Shown: positions 49,422-59,396 of the stretch, piece by piece
How the letters are laid out: each line of letters begins with the position of its first letter
Numbering within the stretch: position 1 is the stretch's first letter
Assembly (NCBI GenBank): GCA_048938105.1
Contig: JBHLMN010000008.1
Location: 160,001 to 224,000, forward strand
Direction of reading: 5' to 3'
From: Promethearchaeota archaeon
GTDB lineage: Archaea; Asgardarchaeota; Heimdallarchaeia; Hodarchaeales; Hodarchaeaceae
DNA length: 64,000 nucleotides
Notes under the pieces: generated by a model
Database searches by the model: none
What the model was told of the DNA's origin: nothing
Seen by the model: only the letters and a program-made list of their open reading frames with translations
Position numbers and translations under genes: made by a program

Positions 49422-50504
49422 ATCAGAGGGATCTACTTGCCTAGATATGGCTTTCTGAGTCATCCAATCTCTGATATTTTCTGGTGGTTCTGGTTCTAGT
49501 GGATCCCGTCTAACCAGATTCAGAGCTTCTTCTGGGCATGAAATGGCACAAACACCACAACCAACACACCTTTGGAGATCAACTTCACAAATCTCTTCTG
49601 GTACATTTAAAGCATTAAATTGACATCTATCAACACAAGTACCACACCCTGTACACAACTCCTCATCCACATTCATTATAAAATTTGATTTGATAAATGC
49701 TCTAGGTCGATTTAATTCTGTTAACCCTCTTAGGACTCCACAACAACATGTACAGCAATTACAAATATAATAATGCTCAGTTTGAACATTCATAGAGCAG
49801 TGAACAAGTCCAGCTTCCTCTGCTTCACTTAAGAGTTCTATTGCACGCTCTTTTGTAACAGGCTTAGAGAGTGATTCTTCAGTATAGGCGTTTTCTCTGC
49901 TTGAGAAAGTTAAACATACTGTTGTAGGATATTTACATGGTTCACCAAGTAATGCTTTCTGTTTTTTGCATATACATTCTCTGATTCCCCAACTTTTAGC
50001 TTTATTGATTATTTCCTCAGCCTTTTCATAAGGAAAGATTGTTAGTTCAGGTTTAATTACTCGATCCACTGGAATCACTCGAAATATTGGGGGTCCTTTA
50101 TCAAATACCTCATTCATTTCTGTTGTTTGGTAATATTCTTCAAAGATTTGAGCAAGTTCCTTATCCATTCTGTTTAATTGCTCTTCATAAATCCCTACAA
50201 TAAAAGGCATTAGAGCGAATTTTTTTTCCCCTACTTTCGTGTCTATAACACGTACCTGTCCCTTTTTTGCCATTGATTCAAGCTTGTCAGCTAAACTTTT
50301 TATGGGAAGATTTAATCGTGAAGAAAGATCCTCAACAGTCGCTCCTGTTAATTTCATCTTACTAACGAGATCAGCTTCGTCTTCAGTAAAAATCCACTTG
50401 AGGAGTTTAATATGTACACCTTTATCATTTGAAGGAAAACCATTTGGTATAGTGTTCAGAGTTTCTGCGAGTTTTTCGTATGGATTTAATGTCGTGTTCG
50501 TCAT
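49413..50504 (-). CDS. 4Fe-4S dicluster protein with a Cys-rich central domain
   Basis: CICK, ICNCCTCCCG, CTGCGTCVDRC and CVGCGVCAISCP motifs. Confidence 0.85.
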   Translation of the reverse strand: MTNTTLNPYEKLAETLNTIPNGFPSNDKGVHIKLLKWIFTEDEADLVSKMKLTGATVEDLSSRLNLPIKSLADKLESMAKKGQVRVIDTKVGEKKFALMPFIVGIYEEQLNRMDKELAQIFEEYYQTTEMNEVFDKGPPIFRVIPVDRVIKPELTIFPYEKAEEIINKAKSWGIRECICKKQKALLGEPCKYPTTVCLTFSSRENAYTEESLSKPVTKERAIELLSEAEEAGLVHCSMNVQTEHYYICNCCTCCCGVLRGLTELNRPRAFIKSNFIMNVDEELCTGCGTCVDRCQFNALNVPEEICEVDLQRCVGCGVCAISCPEEALNLVRRDPLEPEPPENIRDWMTQKAISRQVDPSDLL

Positions 50505-50609
50505 TCTTGGCCCTCTATATCGTTAGTCACCATGATAAACTCTTAATTATAATTCTTTTTGCATTAAGATTAAAAGAAAAATAAAATAAATGAAAAAAGT
50601 AAGGAATAT

Positions 50610-51194
50610 TCATTTTTCACAAGGAAATAAGGCCGCATTTTCTTCTAGCCAAGTCTCTATGTCATAATCTAATAAAATTTCTTCGTTATCAGGATTATTA
50701 AGAAAGGCTTGAACAGAGAGGAGTTCCTCATAATATTCGCTTGTCTTACGGATAATTTCGTCCAGATATTGTCTTTTTAGTTTTTTATTTGGAATATATA
50801 TTGCTCTAGTCAAAAAAAATCTAAAAAAATTCAATATTTCTATTCCTACTCTGAATTGTGTTGTTCGGTTCATCTTAGAGACTAAAGCAATAGGTTGATT
50901 ATATGTCTGCTGCCACTTCCTAATTGCACGCCAAAGAAATCCTCTGATGACAAAGTCACTGAGCGGCATCATACTAGCAACTTCCTTCGCAATTTCATCA
51001 GCTATCTCTCTTTGATCAGGAGTAAGATAGATGATATTGAGGTTCTCTTTCGCAAGGGATATCCTTTCTTCGAATGAAACAGGAGGCATTTGAAATTGTG
51101 AGAAAATATGCTTAATCTTTCTTGATGCAAGGAAGAGTTCTAGTGATTTCGTTTGAATTTTCCTAACTTCTTGCTGATATTTCTTCATACCCAA
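50610..51194 (-). CDS. Hypothetical protein
   Basis: 194-aa ORF filling the gap; no motif recognised. Confidence 0.55.
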   Translation of the reverse strand: MGMKKYQQEVRKIQTKSLELFLASRKIKHIFSQFQMPPVSFEERISLAKENLNIIYLTPDQREIADEIAKEVASMMPLSDFVIRGFLWRAIRKWQQTYNQPIALVSKMNRTTQFRVGIEILNFFRFFLTRAIYIPNKKLKRQYLDEIIRKTSEYYEELLSVQAFLNNPDNEEILLDYDIETWLEENAALFPCEK

Positions 51195-51599
51195 GTGTAT
51201 TGCCTCTCTAAAAGAATCTCTAATTTATCTAAATTTGAATCTGTCCTATGATTAAGAGAAGTATCCCAGCATTATAATCTACAATTGTGGATGATTGTTA
51301 AAAGGTTATCTGTTATCATTTCTCCTCCTAAGGAGCTTTCTAATAAAATATTACTTTCATATTATATTAATGTCATTTTCTACTTAGTTTTTTACCATTC
51401 TTTTTATTCCTTCAGCGATATGATCTTAAAGTATATCTCAAATCTCAACTTTTACATATTTCCAAGGAGTAACTTGACATTTTCATCTTTATGAAATCAA
51501 ATGATTTTTAAGTACCCCTAAGATGTGCTTAAAGAGTCGATAGAGGCTCAAATCTCTCTTTTAACCTAAGAGTTATCCTTCATGAAAATCATAATAATC

Positions 51600-51959
51600 C
51601 TATTGAACGCTCTCCATTCCCAGATTAAAGATAATTTCACGCATAAGAAAGGGAAGTAATCCACTTAAAAGATATACAAAGGTGAGAGGGACGTAGAGAA
51701 GTATGATAAAGGTTTTCCAATCTAAAAATGGCCAAGATATCGAAATAAAGGCCAGAGTAAGGAAAAAAACCAATTCAATTATCACACAAAAAAAAAGAAA
51801 TCATCAATAAATTCTTGGGCCAGTTATAAATCATCATCTTCTTTGAACTACTGATTTTCATTTATTGATTAGTTTGAAATTTATTAGCAAGGAATGCAAA
51901 AACAAAATAATAAATCAATTCAAAGTGACCATCTAAAGTTCCGATGATTTTCGGTTCCA
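51600..51959 (-). pseudogene. Decayed duplicate of the 3' ~360 bp of the metal-dependent hydrolase gene at 53702-54496
   Basis: Aligns to 53702-54060, with identical blocks 51635-51678 = 53737-53780 (44 bp) and 51919-51953 = 54020-54054 (35 bp). Indels occur, including around the A-run near 51790, and there is no 5' half. Confidence 0.88.
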
Positions 51960-52034
51960 GTTTATTATTCTCTAATTCTGCTAATAACGATTTAAATCTT
52001 GTTAACACCAGGTTGCTTCCTCTAGAGGAAATTT

Positions 52035-53330
52035 CTAATCATAACAACCAACAGTATGACCAACAAGAATAGTTAAAATTGAGTTATTAACTGGAAGGTA
52101 GGCAATGATTTGAAAAAATTGCATATCAGAGCCAACAGTATTATCCATAGAAACGCTCTCTTGTACTAGATAAATCCTGTCTTCAACCCAACTCAATTCT
52201 GTTATTAGACCCATGTGTTCGTCTTCAAGTACATGAAGGCTATTGTTCCAATAACCATACTCGTACTGAAATTCATATTGAACAAGCTGAAGGATTTCGT
52301 CCCCTGAAAGGCCATTTTTTTTATAAGCGGTAATTTTAATGGAAGTTTCTGCTTTGTAGTCCGAGGATAAAATACTATTTATATAGGAGATCCTTTCTGA
52401 TGCTCCAAGAAAATTGGGAGCTAGTTGGAATGATCCAAATCCAGAACATGTATCAATGATAATGCCTTGGATACCAGTGAAATATTTACTTATTTCAAGG
52501 TCAAGATAAGAATCAATTACTTCTTGGGGACCTTCATACTTGTATTGGATACTATTATTCATTAATCGTGGAGTAAGGAAAGCGAAAATAATAAGGAATG
52601 TGAAACAGCCTGTAAAGATAATCTCTGGATTTATTCTAATTGTACCAATAATATTCTGAATTTTATTCAACATGGCAGTTCCCATTTTATGAGTTGTTTC
52701 ATTTATGACAAGTAAAAAGGATAACCAGAAAGATACAGCTACAATGAAGAATCCAGTGATAATGGTTGATTCTGTATAGAAACTGAAAATCATTACCATA
52801 ACCATTAGAGATAGGAGAGGGCTCATTATCGGAAGCGCAGCTAGTATTCCAATTACAATGACTAATCTACGGAAAAGTCTATCTGGAGAAATTCTTTTTG
52901 TGATATCCAGGTTAAGAGAATCAATATAATTGATGATCTGCTCATGAAAGAACTTCCAGGATATGATTATGACAAGTAAAATGATGACTAGCAATATTGA
53001 AAATATCAAAAAGAAGTTTCTCAAATCAGATCTAGCAATCAGGCCATAAAGAATAGACATAGAGGCAACAAGTATCCAAGGAACCAAAAACCAACATATC
53101 AAAATAAAAAAGATGGGATTTTTAGTGTCTTTTCTAAAGTAGAGGAAACAAATGAAAATTCCTGAAAGTAATAGGGCGAAAAGATCCCAAATGGTTATTA
53201 ATGAGATTAATGCCCAATTCTGAACAGGAAATATGAAGCTACTACGAAGAGCAAAGATTAAACCGATGAAAATGACATTAAATGGAATTTTTCGGATTTT
53301 AATTTTGGAATTTTCACTTATTGAAGACAC
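52035..53330 (-). CDS. Hypothetical polytopic membrane protein with a C-terminal soluble domain
   Basis: About 7 hydrophobic helices followed by a ~170-aa hydrophilic domain; GTG start with AGGTGAGGAG upstream. Confidence 0.65.
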   Translation of the reverse strand: MSSISENSKIKIRKIPFNVIFIGLIFALRSSFIFPVQNWALISLITIWDLFALLLSGIFICFLYFRKDTKNPIFFILICWFLVPWILVASMSILYGLIARSDLRNFFLIFSILLVIILLVIIISWKFFHEQIINYIDSLNLDITKRISPDRLFRRLVIVIGILAALPIMSPLLSLMVMVMIFSFYTESTIITGFFIVAVSFWLSFLLVINETTHKMGTAMLNKIQNIIGTIRINPEIIFTGCFTFLIIFAFLTPRLMNNSIQYKYEGPQEVIDSYLDLEISKYFTGIQGIIIDTCSGFGSFQLAPNFLGASERISYINSILSSDYKAETSIKITAYKKNGLSGDEILQLVQYEFQYEYGYWNNSLHVLEDEHMGLITELSWVEDRIYLVQESVSMDNTVGSDMQFFQIIAYLPVNNSILTILVGHTVGCYD

Positions 53331-53701
53331 TACTCCTCACCTGTCTTCTACTCATTGTGAGAATATTAATAATTAGGGAGTATTTCCTGTTTATTAATTT
53401 ACCATATGTGGTGGAAATGGAAGCTTTATGTAGAACCTTTCGGTCTGTTGACGCAAATCTTATAGCTCTCTTTATTTCACACAGCTTGTAAAACTCAAAC
53501 CTATCGAGGACGGTCTATTTTTCTATGTATTAATAATATATGGTTAAAGAGCCACTAAAAGCTCTAACCCTTCGTTCAAAGTATTAGTATTAGAATCCAA
53601 AAGTATTAATCATTTGTAATTGATTATTTGTTGGAAGAGAAGAGATGGGGGAAATAATTTTTCTCTCTTTTAGAATAGAAGTTATATTTCAAGAAATAGC
53701 G

Positions 53702-54496
53702 TTATGAATAACTCTCCTTTCCTAGGTGTGCGATGGTTTCACGCATAAGAAAGGGAAGTAATCCACTTAAAAGATATACAGGAGTAAGTGGGACATAGAG
53801 AAGAATGATAAAGTTATCACGATCTAAGAAAGGCCAAAAAATTGAAATAAAAGCCAGACCAAGGAAAAAAACTGTTTCAATCATCAAGAAAAATGAAATC
53901 ACCTTTAATTTCTTTGGCCAATCATGGATAATCATATTCCTTGAACTATAACCAATGTTCAATTCTTGATTGGTCTGATATTTGTTAGCTAGATAAACAA
54001 AAGCAAGATAATAAATCAGTTCAAAGTGACCATCTAAAGTTCCGATGATTTTCGCTTCCAATGAATTGTAAGCTGGAGAGAGATCCTCGTAGGTAAATGG
54101 AATAAGCTTCGTTCTTTCTCCAATCGGTTGAAAGGGCCAAAAAAGGGTAACTCCGTCAAAGTAAAACATATCTAATGAGATGTGAATCACCATTCCCGCT
54201 ATTAGACCAATAATAAATGAAAAATAGGTTGTGTGAGCACTTTCAAACCGTAAATTAGCAATATAGCCAATCACAAACACCATGAAAATAACCAGAAGAC
54301 TGTGAGTCACTGAACGATGAAACCCAATAGATAACTCTTTATCTCTAGTAAGCAAGAAAATTAGAACACTTCCAAGGAGGTCTAGATCTGGTATCACAGA
54401 GCCAGCAGCTACTCCGATTCTGATATATTTGTGCTTTGGATCCAGCTTACTAGCAAGCCATAATCCTAATAACCCATGAAATCCAGTAGGAGCCAT
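53702..54496 (-). CDS. Membrane-bound metal-dependent hydrolase (YdjM-like)
   Basis: GFHG, PDLD, FHRSVTHS, HISLD and LFWP motifs. The start is placed at ATG 54496; the ORF track gives TTG 54508. Confidence 0.8.
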   Translation of the reverse strand: MAPTGFHGLLGLWLASKLDPKHKYIRIGVAAGSVIPDLDLLGSVLIFLLTRDKELSIGFHRSVTHSLLVIFMVFVIGYIANLRFESAHTTYFSFIIGLIAGMVIHISLDMFYFDGVTLFWPFQPIGERTKLIPFTYEDLSPAYNSLEAKIIGTLDGHFELIYYLAFVYLANKYQTNQELNIGYSSRNMIIHDWPKKLKVISFFLMIETVFFLGLAFISIFWPFLDRDNFIILLYVPLTPVYLLSGLLPFLMRETIAHLGKESYS

Positions 54497-54660
54497 AATA
54501 AGGTTCAATCCAACATTTTTTCACAAGAAAATTGGTTTATGTATCCATCGGAGAATTTTACTAGTAACCTTAATTAAAAACGTGATATCTATCTCAATCA
54601 ACCTATAGATTGATAAATTCCTATTAAGTCCTTATCTTAAAAATCTACGGAGAATTCTAA

Positions 54661-55413
54661 ATGACCATTAGAGCAACAGGTCGCGTAACCCGAGTCCTAA
54701 AGCAAGCAATTCCACATGGTTTTAGGGGAGTTTATAAAATTAATATTGTAGGATCCACTGGTGCTGGAAAAACTGAATTCCTCCGATGTTTGTTAGGTGA
54801 TCTTTTTGAACCTTCCACAGATACTCGACGCCGTTCTAAAACTGAAAACCTAGTAGATGCAACACATACCTGGTTCCGCATCGGAAAAGAAAGAGAGGAA
54901 TCAACAACTACTATCTCTCTAAATTCAGTTGGGATTTTACTTGTACGTACTCTATTTAACTCTATAGAATTTCATCCTATCAAAAAAGTTGATGAGTTAC
55001 TGTTACGTGACGACATTGAGGAAATTTTGCAGTTTGTGTTTTTTGATAACGCTGGACAAGAGCGATTCGATTTTATGCCCCAAATTACAATGCGGGGGGC
55101 TGATGCTGTCATCGTTCTTGCAGATGGTACGAATATGGCAAGTATAGAAAAAATTTCTTATTTCTTAGAATTAACTCGAGAAGAAGAATATCGTGCGAGT
55201 GATGGAGTAAATCAAATTCCAGTGCTCATTCTTCTTAATAAAAAGGATCTAATTGAGCGTGGTTGCTACATTGGTTTAGAAAGTGTTCGTCATATGATAG
55301 GTTCCGCAGAAGACTATGTTTTTTATGAAACCTCAATGAAAACTGGTGAAGGAGTAGACGATACTATTCGATCTTTGATATCACGACTGTACGAAAAAAA
55401 TCTTGAAAAGTAA
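54661..55413 (+). CDS. Ras-superfamily small GTPase (Rab/Arf-like; eukaryotic signature protein class)
   Basis: G1 GSTGAGKT, G3 DNAGQERF, G4 NKKD and G5 ETSMKTGEGV. Confidence 0.88.
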   Translation: MTIRATGRVTRVLKQAIPHGFRGVYKINIVGSTGAGKTEFLRCLLGDLFEPSTDTRRRSKTENLVDATHTWFRIGKEREESTTTISLNSVGILLVRTLFNSIEFHPIKKVDELLLRDDIEEILQFVFFDNAGQERFDFMPQITMRGADAVIVLADGTNMASIEKISYFLELTREEEYRASDGVNQIPVLILLNKKDLIERGCYIGLESVRHMIGSAEDYVFYETSMKTGEGVDDTIRSLISRLYEKNLEK

Positions 55414-55439
55414 TAAGATAATTCTTATTTATTAATATT

Positions 55440-56645
55440 CTACTCTTTTCTCAATGCCTCTACTGGATCCAATTCAGCTGCTCGCCATGCAGGGTAGAAA
55501 CCTGCTACCATTGAGAGTACGACTGATAGAACCCAAGTGAATACAAAGATATGTGGTTCAAAAATGGGAACCATCCCCCATCCTCCACCACCTGATACAA
55601 GTTCATTCATAATATGTCCTAGTATTACCCCAAGACCAAGCCCAATGGTTCCACCAATCACACCAATAATGAGAGCTTCATTCAGGAATAACACCAGAAT
55701 TTGACGTTCTGTGTATCCTAATGCTTTCAAAGTTCCTATTTCTTTTGTCCTTTCCATCATACTTGTATAAAGTGTGGTAATGATACCAACAGCTGCAACC
55801 CCTAACGACACAACTGCAATATTATTAACGAAATCTGCGACAGCAGTACTTATTTGGTTTACAATATCTGTTAATGTTTTAGGATTGAGGATTGAAACAT
55901 CGTATCTATCATTTATTTGATCTCGAACTTGTCTATTTAGACTTTCATCCTCGGTAATTACATATAAGCCATCATATACTCCCCCACGATCAAAGAACGC
56001 GTTTGCTTCCCGTAAGGAAATAAAACACATATCATCAACAGGAACCAACATACCAGAAGAACCAATATAATCCATCACTCCCCGAACATAAAATGACTTC
56101 TTAACCACTGTTGTTTTTCGTCCCTCACTCTTCTGGTATTGAAGCTTGACTACATCCCCTACATTTGCGTAAGAATTTGGAGATTCTGGACGAACCAGTT
56201 CATTTCCAAGAATAACCCCGAAACTATCAGTTTCAGGAACAATTCCTCCCTCATAAAGAGCAAAAGTTGGAAAAATTAAAGGTAATTTGTTATTGTCAAT
56301 TCCAACAACAATACTAGTCAAATCTTCTTGACCAGAGGCAGAAATTAAAATTCCACTTTGGATGAAAGGTATTACTTGAGAAATCCCACTAATTCGAGAA
56401 ATATCTTCCACTTCAAAATTGGTGAGCTCCAAATCGCTTGATCGCGGGGATACAACAAGAATATTTGGATTTAATATTGCTAATTGCTTGTCAATATAGA
56501 CTACTGTCCCCTTACTCATTCCATTCACTGCAATGATAAGTGCACTCCCTATTAACACCATTATTATAGTCAAAGATGACCTCAATTTCCTATCGGTCAA
56601 AGCTTGCCAGCTCATTTGAAAGAATGAAGTCATTTTCCTCGTCAC
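55440..56645 (-). CDS. ABC transporter permease, MacB/FtsX family
   Basis: RKLRSSLT, ERTKEIGTLKALG and YPAWRAAELDPVEALR motifs. Confidence 0.92.
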   Translation of the reverse strand: MTRKMTSFFQMSWQALTDRKLRSSLTIIMVLIGSALIIAVNGMSKGTVVYIDKQLAILNPNILVVSPRSSDLELTNFEVEDISRISGISQVIPFIQSGILISASGQEDLTSIVVGIDNNKLPLIFPTFALYEGGIVPETDSFGVILGNELVRPESPNSYANVGDVVKLQYQKSEGRKTTVVKKSFYVRGVMDYIGSSGMLVPVDDMCFISLREANAFFDRGGVYDGLYVITEDESLNRQVRDQINDRYDVSILNPKTLTDIVNQISTAVADFVNNIAVVSLGVAAVGIITTLYTSMMERTKEIGTLKALGYTERQILVLFLNEALIIGVIGGTIGLGLGVILGHIMNELVSGGGGWGMVPIFEPHIFVFTWVLSVVLSMVAGFYPAWRAAELDPVEALRKE

Positions 56646-58201
56646 TTTACTGATTTTCGGCGGAATAATATAAAACCAATCGCTAGGAGGGTACCTCCAC
56701 CCAATAATAGTGTGAATCCTGACCCAATGATTAGAGAATACAAATCGATACCAACAGAGGTACTTGTCGTCTGAGAAAGACTTTCAATAGTAATTGTGAA
56801 GGATATTAGTAATTTAAAGACGTTTAATAGGTCATTCTGGTAATAAACAACACAGTTTATCTGATGCTCTCCAAGTGGAGCGGAAGAATTAATGATTCCA
56901 CTCACGGAAAATGGGAGAGGGCTATTTGGTTCTAACTCTCCAAGATAATTTTTACTAGTTGCTGTTTCAAGAAGAATATTATTCTTGGATTGCAGGGAAG
57001 CATTAACAAATAAGGCATTTGTGTTACCTGTATTAAGGAGAGTAGCTGAAATTACCACATTTCCGCCCTGATTAACTGATGTTACAGAAATATCAGAAGA
57101 GAAGACCGATACTTTGACTAAGCCATGAATGATAACTCCTTTTGCTATTGTTTCATAATAGATTGTTCCATGTTTATCAGTAAATTGTATTGTGAATAAT
57201 ACAGACCCTGTATTCCCTATTGCGACTTGAGGGGTGAAAATTTTCGTAGAAAGAACTATTGAATCATCTTCTGTGACATTAAGAAAGCTCCAGCTTGAAT
57301 TACCTTGAATTATTAACGGGGATGGAATCTGTAGACCGACTCCAACTCTTCCCTTCCATAAGTTGTTCGTAATCGTTGCATTGAATTCAGAAGTTATACC
57401 AGCTTTTAAATATTGGCTACTAATATCAATCGAGGTTTCACTTGGAACTTCAGTTTCAATTAACCAAGACCGTGAAATTGTAGTGTTTTCATCGGAAATA
57501 AAGACTACTACATCTTGAACACCGACATTTTCTTGAGACATGAACAAAAAAGAAGGTTCTGTGATGTTAGCTGGGATATTATCAACCTCCCATGAGTATT
57601 CTAATGAATCATTATCTCTATCGCTACATAATATAGAAAAATTGATTTCTTCCCTGGGTTCAACAACAATGGTGTCTGCAGTAGGTCTTAACCAATCTAT
57701 TTCAGGTGGAGTATTTGGAATTTTCAATTCCACGGGTAGTGTAGCGTATGAAATTGAGGAGAGGTCACCACCCGATTTGGTGAAGTAAGACAGTTCTAAA
57801 TCAGCAAAATAAGATCCTTTTGCTGCCCCATCCGCTATATCTAACGCGAAAGATAGTAGAAACGGTTCCCCAGATAAAACTACGAATTGACTTAAGTTAA
57901 AATAATAGCTTAATGATTCTCCATAAGCAGTGGCATTTTTGTCTCCATCTATTGCATCAGTAAATGGATATGAGAGCATTAAAACACCTAGAATTGCTGT
58001 TATGGTCTTATTATGGAGATTAGTTACTTGAAGCTGCACTTCTGCAGATGTCCCAGGAGCCCTTGAACCAATCCAATCAACTAAATCTAAGCGAAATTTA
58101 GCTTCAGGTTGTGCTTGAACTTGAATGAAGTTCTTAGAAACCATTAAATTGGTTATTAAAACGATAATAACTATTATAATAATGACTTTAGCGTTCTTCA
58201 T
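56642..58201 (-). CDS. Secreted Ig-like/S-layer-domain (COG1361-like) accessory protein of the ABC system
   Basis: Signal-like N-terminus, beta-rich repeats (LLNTGN..A, YLGELEP), C-terminal TM helix and RRK tail; 4-nt overlap with the permease gene. Confidence 0.7.
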   Translation of the reverse strand: MKNAKVIIIIVIIVLITNLMVSKNFIQVQAQPEAKFRLDLVDWIGSRAPGTSAEVQLQVTNLHNKTITAILGVLMLSYPFTDAIDGDKNATAYGESLSYYFNLSQFVVLSGEPFLLSFALDIADGAAKGSYFADLELSYFTKSGGDLSSISYATLPVELKIPNTPPEIDWLRPTADTIVVEPREEINFSILCSDRDNDSLEYSWEVDNIPANITEPSFLFMSQENVGVQDVVVFISDENTTISRSWLIETEVPSETSIDISSQYLKAGITSEFNATITNNLWKGRVGVGLQIPSPLIIQGNSSWSFLNVTEDDSIVLSTKIFTPQVAIGNTGSVLFTIQFTDKHGTIYYETIAKGVIIHGLVKVSVFSSDISVTSVNQGGNVVISATLLNTGNTNALFVNASLQSKNNILLETATSKNYLGELEPNSPLPFSVSGIINSSAPLGEHQINCVVYYQNDLLNVFKLLISFTITIESLSQTTSTSVGIDLYSLIIGSGFTLLLGGGTLLAIGFILFRRKSVK

Positions 58202-58212
58202 CAGTATGCCTC

Positions 58213-59346
58213 CTAAATACTCACATTTTCTTTAATACCAACATTCTTACCATCTTTTAGAAAATAAATGCGATTGGTTAGGTTCGCCACTTCAGGATCA
58301 TGAGTAACAACAACAATTGTAACTCCTAGATCCTGATTGAGTTTCTGAAGAATTTCCATGACCACAGCTCCTGATTTACTATCAAGATTTCCTGTGGGCT
58401 CATCAGCTAATAGGATAGTTGGATCATTCATTAATGCTCGTGCAATAGCAACACGTTGTTGTTCTCCTCCGCTCAGTGTTCTAGGATACCGATTATATTT
58501 ATCACCTAAACCCACACTTTCAAGCAGTCTCTTTGCTTTCTCTTTTCTTTTTTTTGCTCCAAGTGAAGTGACTAAAGCTGGTACTTCAACATTCTGACCA
58601 ACAAAAGAACGTGAAATAAGATTATAAGATTGAAATATGAACCCAATCTTTCGATTTCGTAACCAGGCAAGGCCTTCATTATCCAATTGAGAAATATCAA
58701 CCCCATCAATGAAAATTTTCCCCTCAGTTGGACGATCCAATGCTCCTAAACAATTTAGTAAGGTACTTTTTCCTGATCCTGAGGGACCCATGATTGCTAC
58801 AAAATCACCCCTTTTTATTTTTAAATGAACTCCTTGTAAAGCATTTACTTTCACTCCCTCACCTAAATCAAAAATCTTCTTTAATTCCCGAATTTCAATC
58901 GCAAGGTGGTTTTCCTTTTGAGAAGGTGTAATAAAAAAGTCTTCTCGAGTTTGTTGTGGTAGGAGAAGAGTCATCCCGCCAACAACTAGAACAGCTACCA
59001 ATAGAATTTGCATTGTTATAGTAGGTAAAAGCAAAGGAACAATAGGATTGATCAACAAAGAAACACTTAGTAAGCCTAACTCCGTTAGTGTAGCAAATAA
59101 AGCGAACATAATATTGGTTCTTGAAGCAGTTAAGACCCCTAAAAGTCCTAGAATACCGAAAAAGACCATTATTATAGGAATAATCATTGAAAAGGGGTAA
59201 TCTAATGTGATAAGAGCAGAGGTGAACATCCCAAACATTTCTGCAAATGAGAAAAGAGTCATACTTATGAATAGGACAATAGAAATGTCCTCATGGATAG
59301 AAATAGATTGGGAATTCACTTCTTGTTCCATTTTCAGGTTTGACAT
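58213..59346 (-). CDS. ABC transporter ATP-binding protein (LolD/MacB-type) with N-terminal TM helices
   Basis: [28 protein letters not shown] and VTHD motifs; the first ~130 aa are hydrophobic. Confidence 0.9.
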   Translation of the reverse strand: MSNLKMEQEVNSQSISIHEDISIVLFISMTLFSFAEMFGMFTSALITLDYPFSMIIPIIMVFFGILGLLGVLTASRTNIMFALFATLTELGLLSVSLLINPIVPLLLPTITMQILLVAVLVVGGMTLLLPQQTREDFFITPSQKENHLAIEIRELKKIFDLGEGVKVNALQGVHLKIKRGDFVAIMGPSGSGKSTLLNCLGALDRPTEGKIFIDGVDISQLDNEGLAWLRNRKIGFIFQSYNLISRSFVGQNVEVPALVTSLGAKKRKEKAKRLLESVGLGDKYNRYPRTLSGGEQQRVAIARALMNDPTILLADEPTGNLDSKSGAVVMEILQKLNQDLGVTIVVVTHDPEVANLTNRIYFLKDGKNVGIKENVSI

Positions 59347-59396
59347 ATCTTTTACCGTTTAAACTCATAACTCTTTGTTAAGTTTAAGACTAAAGA

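Noticed and set aside
51285-51494. 69-aa plus-strand ORF
   Set aside because: Low-complexity AT-rich translation with a TTG start and no motif; not supportable.
51600-54060. Diversity-generating retroelement (TR/VR pair)
   Set aside because: Mismatches between the copies involve all bases and include indels rather than being adenine-specific, and no reverse transcriptase is in the window.
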